This document shows positions 30,062 through 38,001 of a DNA stretch of 64,000 nt, piece by piece. Origin of the DNA: a virus (Duplodnaviria > Caudoviricetes). The position numbers and the translations under genes were made by a program. A model generated the notes under the pieces. That model saw only the letters and a program-made list of their open reading frames with translations, was not told the origin of the DNA and did not search any database. The stretch is taken from positions 10,008 through 74,007 of IMG/VR virus record IMGVR_UViG_3300028833_000144; one strand, 5' to 3'. Every line of letters starts with the position of its first letter. Position 1 is the first letter of the stretch.

Positions 30062-30430
30062 TTATAATTCACATTTATCAAATTCTTCTTTAGTTCCCTT
30101 GCAGGAAAAATCATAGTAAGGACAAACACAACTGCCAGGACAAACAAAGTCTTTATTATTATGTGATTCAAGTTTAAGTGTTGTTTCCGGCAACGCTTCA
30201 TAAACTAACTGACCTTTGCCAATAAGTTCGTATATATCTTTAGGAGAAGGAAAGAAATTACCTTTCGTCTTAATATATACTCTAGCAGCCTTATAAACTT
30301 TTCCTGTATCTTCATCTCCTAAAGCTAATTCCCAAGCAGCTATCGTATTCTCAGGATCAGTAATAGGCTTAGTGTTAGGATAAGTAGCCTTAAATAAATT
30401 CAATAAACGAATAATCTCTTCTCTTTTCAT
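30062..30430 (-). CDS. Replicative helicase loader/inhibitor (G39P-like)
   Basis: MKREEIIRLL..ATYPN..AWELAL..FFPSPKDI; follows the initiator. Confidence 0.75.
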   Translation of the reverse strand: MKREEIIRLLNLFKATYPNTKPITDPENTIAAWELALGDEDTGKVYKAARVYIKTKGNFFPSPKDIYELIGKGQLVYEALPETTLKLESHNNKDFVCPGSCVCPYYDFSCKGTKEEFDKCEL

Positions 30431-31218
30431 AAATAGTCATCAAATTCACTATGCGATTCGATATGTTCTCCTTTCATAAATTTATCCCAATTATCTTCTG
30501 CCTGTTTAGGTTGATAAGAAGTTCTCTTCTTTTCTAATTCAAATAGTCCTAGCCACTCTTTTTCAATACTCTGATTAAGAATATCTATCATAATCTGATG
30601 ATTACCATTAGATAAATCTCTTAATTTGTTAAGAAGCTTGTTAAGACCTTGCGTTGTCTTAATAGGTTTAACCGCTTTTCTAAATTCTATAAAGTCTTTC
30701 CATGCTTGCAGTAATTCTGAATCACTACTTATCTCTTCATTAAGTTCAACTACCTTTATAGCATCAAACTTCTCTTTCTTTTGTATTTTTTCTTTCTCTA
30801 TATTTAATTCTTTAGTATTTTGTTCTTTAGTATTTAATATATTAGTATTTAATTGTGGCAGATTTTCCGTTGACGGATTTTCCGTTGACGGGTTTTCCGT
30901 AAACGGAAATTCCGCTTCGCTTATATGAGGTTCTTCATATATGTCATACTCATACCCATCAAACTTTCCAAACTCATTTGTTCTTTGTGTTCTAACAATA
31001 TACCCATGTTCTATTAGTTCTTGTAACGCATTGTTTACTGCATCTTTCCCATCAGAAAAAAGAGTTACAAGACCTTTTACAGAATATTCCCAATCATCGG
31101 GTAATGAATATATCTGTGTTAAAAGACCTTTTGCTTTCAAACTCAAAGAATGATCCATAAAAACGTGATTATCAATATGAGTATAATTTTCTTTCTTATG
31201 TCTGCGATAACGACCCAT
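30427..31218 (-). CDS. Replication initiator protein
   Basis: YTHIDN..LSLKAKGLL..LPDDW..AVNNALQELIEHGY HTH; internal repeats. Confidence 0.85.
   Translation of the reverse strand: MGRYRRHKKENYTHIDNHVFMDHSLSLKAKGLLTQIYSLPDDWEYSVKGLVTLFSDGKDAVNNALQELIEHGYIVRTQRTNEFGKFDGYEYDIYEEPHISEAEFPFTENPSTENPSTENLPQLNTNILNTKEQNTKELNIEKEKIQKKEKFDAIKVVELNEEISSDSELLQAWKDFIEFRKAVKPIKTTQGLNKLLNKLRDLSNGNHQIMIDILNQSIEKEWLGLFELEKKRTSYQPKQAEDNWDKFMKGEHIESHSEFDDYL
30809..30905. repeat. Iteron-like repeats and AT-rich tract inside the initiator gene (likely ori)
   Basis: GATTTTCCGTTGACG x2 (30861-30890) plus GGTTTTCCGTAAACG; TTAGTATTT x3 at 30812-30850. Confidence 0.7.
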
Positions 31219-31667
31219 TACGTCAAACTCCCTTTAATGTATTTTTCTACCGTGTGATACTGTTCTATAGTTATGTAATATCCATTTGTATATTCATCTC
31301 GAAAAGGAGATATATCTAATTTATTTAGAATTTTTCTCAAATCCCACACATTAAATTTAGAATAATAATATTCTCTTATCAAAGTTTTCACTTTGTTTAA
31401 TGAATAAACAGCACTATAATTCCGGCATTTATTGTACTTCGGTTTGTATTTTTCAATGTAAAAATCTTCGGTTTCGTTAAGCTTATCAATAGAACAAGGC
31501 AAAACCTTAACTAAATTAAACTTCTTATCGTTATGAGAAAATGGTCTTGATAACCCTACTGATGTCTGTCCGACATAAACAACTTCATCATCTTGAAGCA
31601 AGAAATAAACAAGACAATTACTGCATCTAACAAATGTATAAACGTCATCTTTTTCATCAAACTTCAC
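31218..31667 (-). CDS. GIY-YIG domain protein
   Basis: VYFLLQDDEVVYVGQT; GTG start at 31667 after AAGGAG. Confidence 0.75.
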   Translation of the reverse strand: MKFDEKDDVYTFVRCSNCLVYFLLQDDEVVYVGQTSVGLSRPFSHNDKKFNLVKVLPCSIDKLNETEDFYIEKYKPKYNKCRNYSAVYSLNKVKTLIREYYYSKFNVWDLRKILNKLDISPFRDEYTNGYYITIEQYHTVEKYIKGSLT

Positions 31668-31682
31668 ATCACATTCTCCTTT

Positions 31683-31770
31683 AAAACACAAAACCCTCCA
31701 AGAAGTCGCAGGTCTTGGAGGGTTAGGGGGTATATCGAGGGGCATCGTCTGCGACCCGATACACCCCAAA
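31683..31770 (-). ncRNA. Two-hairpin leader RNA / attenuator with complementary loops
   Basis: 11-bp stem (31727-31767); 12-bp stem plus U tail (31683-31724); loops GUCGCAG/CUGCGAC. Confidence 0.55.
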
Positions 31771-31782
31771 TTGTGTGACTTG

Positions 31783-31810
31783 ATTCTACCATATTCTGTG
31801 TTAAAATCAA
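31783..31810 (-). promoter_or_regulatory. sigmaA promoter upstream of the leader
   Basis: TTGATT-16-TAGAAT with extended TG. Confidence 0.65.
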
Positions 31811-31884
31811 ATTAGGTAGTTCATATTTTTACCTCTGATAAATTCTAACCCTGGTTTCCACGCTCGCCAGGGTTTCTTTATTAA

Positions 31885-32304
31885 TTAAAACTCCAACGTA
31901 TCGTTTACGTCATCTTCGCTTACAAACTCATAATCATCTTCGTTAAGATCAGTATTTGTATTTGCAGGCTTTGTCTGTGCAGAAGTATTAAGAGATTCTA
32001 CAAACTCTGCTTCATCTACTACAACCTCTGTAACAAACTTCTTATCTCCATTCTTATCCTCATAAGTTCTTGTCTGAATACTGCCTGTAAGACCGATCCT
32101 ACTTCCCTTATGGAAATACTGACTGATGAATGTTGCCGTCTGCCTCCATGCTACGCAGTTAATGAAATCTGCCTGTCTTTGTCCGTTACTGTCCTTAAAC
32201 TTTCTGTCAACTGCAACGGTAAAAGTACATACTGTAACTTGATTAGATGTATTCTTAACTTCCGGTTCTTTTGTAAGTCTGCCGATGATTACGCACTTAT
32301 TCAT
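31885..32304 (-). CDS. ssb: Single-stranded DNA-binding protein
   Basis: MNKCVIIGRLTKEPE, ADFINCVAW, GSIQTRTYE; acidic tail. Confidence 0.93.
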   Translation of the reverse strand: MNKCVIIGRLTKEPEVKNTSNQVTVCTFTVAVDRKFKDSNGQRQADFINCVAWRQTATFISQYFHKGSRIGLTGSIQTRTYEDKNGDKKFVTEVVVDEAEFVESLNTSAQTKPANTNTDLNEDDYEFVSEDDVNDTLEF

Positions 32305-32317
32305 AAATAATTCTCCT

Positions 32318-33079
32318 TTACTGATCTTCAACAGGGAATGGTAAACCAACCTGCTCGTCTATCTTCATCTTCTCTTCTTTTGCTTTCTTTGCCTTTACTA
32401 CTGCATCATGGGCGCACTTGGCACAAAGCACCTTACCAAACTTATTCTTTGTTTCAAGAGCAATAGCTTCCGGAGAACGCTCAATTCCCTTTTTGTCCGT
32501 AAACTTGGTAATCTCATTCTTGCAAACGTCACAAGTAAGCTTTTCGGGTTCTGTTTCTTCTTTCGGATCATTCTTAAATTCCTCTGCTTCGGAATCAGAA
32601 TAAATACCTGCATAAGCCAACTTACTGCTCTTGAGAATAACACGATCCATACATCTCTTTAATGCCATAGCATAAGGATAAGCATTAGTACAATTCTTAT
32701 CAGATACTTCGCCTACCTCATAAATACCCTGTTCATCATTACAGTATGTATAAACCAAAGACTTATTAAATCCGTCCTTGTCGATAGTAAGACAACTAGG
32801 CTTAAATCTCTTCTCAGCAGGCAGCGCATCATTGATCTTCAAACAACCATTATGCGAAATGATAAGTCCGGTATAAGCCATTTTACCGTTCTTCGTAGCG
32901 TTCATGAGAATCCAGAAGTCTGATTCAGATAAAACACTCTTATACATATCGGATTCCAAAGCTTCAATAGCCTTTTTCTTTGCTTCCTTATACTTTGGTG
33001 TAAGGAATGTTTCAACTTCCTTACCTACTTTGGCGTTCCATTCTGTACTCTTCTCTCCAAAATTATAACTCTTCGCCAT
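32318..33079 (-). CDS. Putative single-strand annealing protein with Zn-ribbon tail
   Basis: AYPYAMALKRCMDRVILK..IYSDSEAEEF; between Gp157 and SSB. Confidence 0.55.
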   Translation of the reverse strand: MAKSYNFGEKSTEWNAKVGKEVETFLTPKYKEAKKKAIEALESDMYKSVLSESDFWILMNATKNGKMAYTGLIISHNGCLKINDALPAEKRFKPSCLTIDKDGFNKSLVYTYCNDEQGIYEVGEVSDKNCTNAYPYAMALKRCMDRVILKSSKLAYAGIYSDSEAEEFKNDPKEETEPEKLTCDVCKNEITKFTDKKGIERSPEAIALETKNKFGKVLCAKCAHDAVVKAKKAKEEKMKIDEQVGLPFPVEDQ

Positions 33080-33322
33080 TTCTTACCTCCTTCTTGGCAT
33101 TGGTAGTTCATCTTCTTCTAAATTAGGTGCTAAAGGCTTCTCTATGCCCTCTATTTTGCGTTTGCTAGGTTTGTAAATAAAATTACTCTCCTGTTCTGCT
33201 TCACGCTCTATAACGGCATCTAGCGAGTTCTCCTTAATAAACAGGTACATTCCCGTTGCTCCAAGAAAACTACCAATTAAAACACCTATTGCTATTCCTA
33301 TGAAAGCAGTCATGTATTAACC

Positions 33323-33823
33323 TCACTTAATATTCATAGTAACATTATCTTCGATGTGCGCTCCCTCTGTGATCGTTCCGTCCTCGATAGCCTTTTTGAT
33401 AGACTTGAGGTCTGCTTTTCTCTCTACTGTAACATTAAAAAACTCGTCAGGAATCTTACTTGCATCATCAACAATAGTCTTTTTAGACTTACGGAAAGTG
33501 AACGCAACTTTGGAACTCTCCCACTTCTCTCCACCTAACATAGCACTTGCGTAATTAGCAAGTCTTTCTCTTGACTTCTTCTTACTGTTTTTCCTGTCCT
33601 TGATAGCCTTTTCTTCTTTGTCTAAAGCTTCAATTTCAGCATCAAGATTTTTCAACTTGCAACCAATAGCTTCGATCTTATCAAACTGTGCCATTTTAAG
33701 TTCTGCAAGAAGATCGGTAGTTTCATCTGATACCTCTCCGTCATTCTCTTCTGCTTCAATAAACATCTTATTGAGAACATCATCTATCTGCTTGTTAATT
33801 TCCCAAAGTGTAAAATTGCTCAT
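33323..33823 (-). CDS. Siphovirus Gp157-family protein
   Basis: TLWEIN, IPDEF...KADLKSIKKAI..G..ITEGA. Confidence 0.85.
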   Translation of the reverse strand: MSNFTLWEINKQIDDVLNKMFIEAEENDGEVSDETTDLLAELKMAQFDKIEAIGCKLKNLDAEIEALDKEEKAIKDRKNSKKKSRERLANYASAMLGGEKWESSKVAFTFRKSKKTIVDDASKIPDEFFNVTVERKADLKSIKKAIEDGTITEGAHIEDNVTMNIK

Positions 33824-33825
33824 AT

Positions 33826-34050
33826 TTAATCTCCTCTGTTTTTAATAATCTTCCACATTTCTTCATCGGGTACTTTGTAAAACTTCTGCACTTTATCCCA
33901 AGTTTCAACTCTGCCGGAAGTCTTACCCTGTTCTATTCTTTGATAGACAATGATAGGAATATCCATTTTCTTCGCTGCATCTATCTGCGTCAGTCCGTGT
34001 TCATGTCTTAAATTAAACAAACGCAGATTTTTTGCTATAAGTGAACCCAT
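33826..34050 (-). CDS. XRE-family HTH regulator
   Basis: LRHEHGLTQIDAAKKM..YQRIEQG. Confidence 0.8.
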   Translation of the reverse strand: MGSLIAKNLRLFNLRHEHGLTQIDAAKKMDIPIIVYQRIEQGKTSGRVETWDKVQKFYKVPDEEMWKIIKNRGD

Positions 34051-34107
34051 GTAGTTTACCTCCTTTCCGAATTATGATACACCATTAGCGATTTATGGTC
34101 AACCACT

Positions 34108-35037
34108 TTATAGGTATTTTTCAACATCTCCGATAATGCCTGTTTCTTCATCTCCAAAGTGTTTCTTACATACTGCTATGCAGAACTCTTCAATTTCGCT
34201 ACTCCACACAGGCTCACAACCACTTCTCTTAAAGACTAAACAGAAGCCGGATATGCCGTCAAAAAGGCTACCCATAGTAGGATTCTCTACCCCGTCTGCT
34301 TTAAGCTGCTTAACCATTCGATCAGCAAGAAATTGCCAATAAGGAAGTGCTATTGAATTACCTAAAGCCTTATATTTTGGTGCATCTGCTTCTTTGTGTT
34401 TCTTTCCGTTTTCGTCAACCCATTCTCCTATATCAACCCAAGTTTCTTCGTGTATTATTTGTTGAACTCTACTGTCACTTATCCCAAACATTTCTGACAA
34501 GTCTTTACAAGTAAAGTCTGTATTTTTATATATTAATTGAATTAAGTCGTGTTCTTCGTTACTTAATTTAGCCTGACCTGCATCTTCTTTAATTTTATAT
34601 AATCCATCTTTTCTTGCTTTTAAAGAATTTTGAGCAGATGTTAATAATTGAAGATTACATAAACGATTATCAGTTTTGTCATTGTTTATATGATCTATAA
34701 CATAACCATTTGGCAATACTCCATTAGCAGAAATCCAAATTATTCTGTGAACTCTACATTGAACTTTAGTATCTCCATTTCTTATATTAACAACTAAATA
34801 TCCTTTAAGATTACTTCCTTTTAATTCTTTTGGATTATCTAACTTAATTCCCCCAGGACCACGAGTAGCATAAACTTTTCCTGTGTTTACATCTGCTATA
34901 ATATTTCCTTCATATAAATTCCAAGCGATATATTCATCTTTTGTCATTTCTGAAAATTTTACCGTTCTAACATTAGGAAAACCCTGCAATCTACAACATT
35001 CCGTGGGCGTTAATCTTCTTACAACTGCATTAGGCAT
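34108..35037 (-). CDS. C5-MTase fragment: motif IX - in-frame HNH - motif X - motifs I-II
   Basis: RRLTPTECCRLQGFP; RVHRII..IDHINNDKTDNRLCNL; YKALGNSIA; GSLFDGISGF; SEIEEF. Confidence 0.88.
   Translation of the reverse strand: MPNAVVRRLTPTECCRLQGFPNVRTVKFSEMTKDEYIAWNLYEGNIIADVNTGKVYATRGPGGIKLDNPKELKGSNLKGYLVVNIRNGDTKVQCRVHRIIWISANGVLPNGYVIDHINNDKTDNRLCNLQLLTSAQNSLKARKDGLYKIKEDAGQAKLSNEEHDLIQLIYKNTDFTCKDLSEMFGISDSRVQQIIHEETWVDIGEWVDENGKKHKEADAPKYKALGNSIALPYWQFLADRMVKQLKADGVENPTMGSLFDGISGFCLVFKRSGCEPVWSSEIEEFCIAVCKKHFGDEETGIIGDVEKYL
34444..34974 (-). mobile_element. HNH homing-endonuclease domain inserted in frame in the MTase fragment
   Basis: 177 codons between QGFP and TWVDIGEW; HNH_3 motif plus C-terminal HTH; no intein termini. 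Confidence 0.75.
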
Positions 35038-35538
35038 TTTTTCTTCTCCTTTATTAATAACATAGGGTGTGCAATTCCCCCCGTTCCGTACCTGGCTCTA
35101 ACAGTTTCACACACATTATCAAACTGCTTATATCCATGATGTACGGAAGAATCATAAACACATTGAGCGTCTTTATAATCTCTGCTTCTCAAACTAAACG
35201 CTACCCCCCGTATCAATTTTAGGTGTCATTTCTGTTGTCAGACATATTTCTTCGTTCATTTCTTACCTCTCTATTATCCAAGATATATATTTCTCCCCCC
35301 CGTATCTGCTTTCTCCTGCATATAAAGAATTACAAATACCATTAATATCGAGGATAGTTTTACTTTGAAAATCATTTTTATTAAGATTTATCACCTTGTT
35401 CATCTTCTACCTCTTCAACAATTAAAACTAAAGGTATATGGTCACTATCAGTAGCAATATTAGTTAATGCTTTCGTTACCCCCCTGTTACAGTTTGGTTA
35501 TAAGCATCTATTCCTATTACTACCTTTTCTTCTTTCAT
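35019..35538 (-). CDS. Frame-broken C5-MTase target-recognition micro-cassettes (35476-35538, 35263-35403, 35194-35259, 35019-35216)
   Basis: Three start at ATGs (two with GAGGT RBS, one ATGA-coupled); TRD-like repeats continue in another frame at G6/G7 tracts. Confidence 0.6.
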
Positions 35539-35942
35539 TTGCTCTCCCACTTTTCACAAGTATCGCATCTGTGCATATAGCACCCTTTTTCAAATTTGCA
35601 ATTACCATATCTACCCTCTTTGTGCTTATTAGAAACAGTCCAATTCTTACAATCTTGACAATACTTATGTGCTATTCCAAAAGACTGTAAGACTTCTGTT
35701 TTAATTTCATCAAGATAACCCTCTATTCTCTTCTGTCGACCTATTTCTGTAAACCACTTTTCCTTGAACTTATCTCTTGCTTCGTTCCAATTACCTTCTC
35801 CTGTATCTCCCGAAAGATACCACTCTCTGTCATGGAATAATTGAGCAAGGTCTTTTACAAGGTCATCAAGCTCTCTATCTTTAAAATCTCCAACGTGTTC
35901 TTCTAATCTATTATAGAAATAATCTAAACTTCCACCACTCAT
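35535..35942 (-). CDS. Unrelated hypothetical protein interrupting the MTase locus
   Basis: MSGGSLDYFY..., Cys-rich tail; coupled at both ends. Confidence 0.65.
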   Translation of the reverse strand: MSGGSLDYFYNRLEEHVGDFKDRELDDLVKDLAQLFHDREWYLSGDTGEGNWNEARDKFKEKWFTEIGRQKRIEGYLDEIKTEVLQSFGIAHKYCQDCKNWTVSNKHKEGRYGNCKFEKGCYMHRCDTCEKWESK

Positions 35943-36157
35943 TTTTCTTCGTCCTCCTCTATTATTAAAATAGCCATTTGATCGTGCATACAATTCAATG
36001 TATGACTTACCTCATAACTCATTGTCATAGCTTCCTGTACTTGTCCGTTACCTATGCACCAAGTACCCCCCCGTTTAGTCTTTAAGGGATATGATGATCT
36101 TTCCTTCATCGACATATTGATTTCCAACCCCTTTATAATCTCTTGCACATAAAGCAC
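35939..36157 (-). CDS. MTase TRD-like fragment (CIGNGQ...HTLNCMHDQ)
   Basis: Same frame as the catalytic fragment, directly after its TAG. Confidence 0.5.
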   Translation of the reverse strand: MLYVQEIIKGLEINMSMKERSSYPLKTKRGGTWCIGNGQVQEAMTMSYEVSHTLNCMHDQMAILIIEEDEEK

Positions 36158-37381
36158 CTACGGTATCATTACCCCCCCAGGTCCCCTAGCAACTAATGGT
36201 TGTGCTATTTCTTCTTGAATAGAAATATCATACTTTGCGTTTTTGCCTTGATTAAAAGAAGCTCTGTCAATACCAAGCACACAAGGAATATCGTGATTAT
36301 CATTCTTACCATGTAATAAAGCATTGGTTCTATCTTCATTAATAGTAAGATCGTGAGAATTAACAACTAACATTCCACCTTGATTACAGGCAGGATTACC
36401 ACCATTAAGATCAAGTGTTCTTGAAGTATCTGCCTCATAAATACCGCTATTCGGATTATCAGACTTCATAGCATTAGAATCATAAGAGGATATTCCATAA
36501 GCTATAACTTCTCTTTCTATACCCGCTCTTTCTCCGCACCCTTTATAATAAGAAGCGTCAATAGGAGCTGCTATGTCATTCCCGTTTATGTTGCAAGACT
36601 GACTGATTATTGAGGGTTGACAATGTTCCTGTTCGTTCTTCTTGTATGAGGATTCCTTTACCCCCCCATTTTTGCCTGCTCTTTCTTGGAAGGACAAAGC
36701 TCCTTTGCCTGTTTCTCCAATGTCGTCTTGAGCAGTTCCGGTAACTCTTTCTTCCTCGCTTCTGCTCTCCTCAATATTCCTGCACTCGCTTTCGCACTCA
36801 AATTGTAACGAGGGTGCGGATAGTCCTCCAAAATCTGCGACAACCGAGATTCTTCTGCGACGCTGCGGTGTCCCCAACGCAATAACATCTCCTGTATCGC
36901 TATCTCTGATGGTTTTTCCCCAGTATTGAGCGTCATGTGTTCTCCACGATATACTAAAGGGAGTTCCATCATCTCCCACTCCATCAATGCTTCCTGCGTA
37001 GTGCCACCCCTCTTTAGGGATAGGAATAGGGGGGCAGTCCTTGCAGACAACTTTACAGATTTCTTGTAAGACCGCTTGGAAGTCTGCTCCTTTATTTGAG
37101 GAATAGCAGCCAACAACATTTTCGTAGACGGCAAACCGAGGTCGAATATTGATACCTGTCCTTCCATTACTTCTATCATCTTCTCGCATCTCCTTTATGA
37201 TTCTTATTGCTTCAAAAAATAAACCCGATCTTGTTTCTTCGTCATCTTGATTAAGTTTGCTTTTCATTCCGGCTCTCTTTCCTGCTATACTTAAATCCTG
37301 GCAAGGAGCTCCGAAAGTTATAATATTGACTTTAGGTGTTTTTGAGCCATCTATTTTTTGAATATCCCCATAGTGAATCAT
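36158..37381 (-). CDS. C5 cytosine methyltransferase catalytic fragment (motifs III-VIII plus TRD repeats)
   Basis: HYGDI, FGAPCQDLS (catalytic PC), YENV, DAQYWG, PQRRRR; lacks motifs I, II and X. Confidence 0.9.
   Translation of the reverse strand: MIHYGDIQKIDGSKTPKVNIITFGAPCQDLSIAGKRAGMKSKLNQDDEETRSGLFFEAIRIIKEMREDDRSNGRTGINIRPRFAVYENVVGCYSSNKGADFQAVLQEICKVVCKDCPPIPIPKEGWHYAGSIDGVGDDGTPFSISWRTHDAQYWGKTIRDSDTGDVIALGTPQRRRRISVVADFGGLSAPSLQFECESECRNIEESRSEEERVTGTAQDDIGETGKGALSFQERAGKNGGVKESSYKKNEQEHCQPSIISQSCNINGNDIAAPIDASYYKGCGERAGIEREVIAYGISSYDSNAMKSDNPNSGIYEADTSRTLDLNGGNPACNQGGMLVVNSHDLTINEDRTNALLHGKNDNHDIPCVLGIDRASFNQGKNAKYDISIQEEIAQPLVARGPGGVMIP
36658..37179 (-). CDS. Overprinted EcoHK31I-beta-like MTase small subunit
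   Basis: Alternative frame fully inside the catalytic gene; LSQILE..YNLSAKASAGILRRAEARKKELP. Confidence 0.75.
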   Translation of the reverse strand: MIEVMEGQVSIFDLGLPSTKMLLAAIPQIKEQTSKRSYKKSVKLSARTAPLFLSLKRGGTTQEALMEWEMMELPLVYRGEHMTLNTGEKPSEIAIQEMLLRWGHRSVAEESRLSQILEDYPHPRYNLSAKASAGILRRAEARKKELPELLKTTLEKQAKELCPSKKEQAKMGG

Positions 37382-37998
37382 CGTGTAATCTCCTTATATT
37401 TCCATTTATAACCACAAGCTGTTTTGCTTTTGTTTGTTAAACACATTCTGATGTTTCGAGTGGAAGTTTTTAATTTTCTTGCAGCTTCACTTATACTTTC
37501 ATACTCTTTAATAAAATTTCCATCATTATCGAATTGATAAACAGGGTGCATAAATCTTATGTGCGATATACGATTTTTCTCTTTTTCTTCTTCCGTTCTT
37601 TTCTTTCTATAATTGCCATTATTTATTCCACTATGTTTGCCTTTTTGAGATATTCTCATTTTATTTTTTGTTGCTTCATTATGCTTTAATCCCTTCCAAA
37701 CGCAAATTCCCCCTTTAGATATATTGTAACCAACATTAGGATCGGTAGAATTGAATTGTGCTATATACTTAATCTCCGCAGCATCAGCTTCGTCTTTTGT
37801 TAAGTTATCTTCGAGTATTTCTGATTTTAGAAATTTTTTATCAATAAAAGACATAGCATCTTTCATTCGTTGATTATGTTGATAACCTGATTCAATTCTT
37901 TTTTGAATGGTATGTTTTGTCATACCTATATAAATCATTCCGTCCGGAAATGTATGCTTATATACTTTATAGATACGTTCTTCCATACCCAACCTCAT
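37378..37998 (-). CDS. GIY-YIG homing endonuclease with NUMOD3/NUMOD1-type DNA-binding tail
   Basis: YKVYKHTF..IYIGMT, GYNISKGG, KHNEATKNKMR, VYQFD..FIKEYESISEAAR. Confidence 0.85.
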   Translation of the reverse strand: MRLGMEERIYKVYKHTFPDGMIYIGMTKHTIQKRIESGYQHNQRMKDAMSFIDKKFLKSEILEDNLTKDEADAAEIKYIAQFNSTDPNVGYNISKGGICVWKGLKHNEATKNKMRISQKGKHSGINNGNYRKKRTEEEKEKNRISHIRFMHPVYQFDNDGNFIKEYESISEAARKLKTSTRNIRMCLTNKSKTACGYKWKYKEITR

Positions 37999-38001
37999 AT
38001 C

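Noticed and set aside
34444-34974. HNH insert as an intein or group I intron
   Set aside because: No Cys/Ser/Thr start, no His-Asn end, no Hint blocks, and no non-coding intron core.
36155-36160. TAG read-through or genetic code 15 joining 36158-37381 to 35939-36157, given a tRNA-Gln nearby
   Set aside because: The tRNA anticodon is TTG, not CTA. TAG ends ordinary genes (e.g. 1112, 14349), and code 11 gives dense intact ORFs. The in-frame sequence after the TAG is junk, while the TRD-like reading is in the -1 frame.
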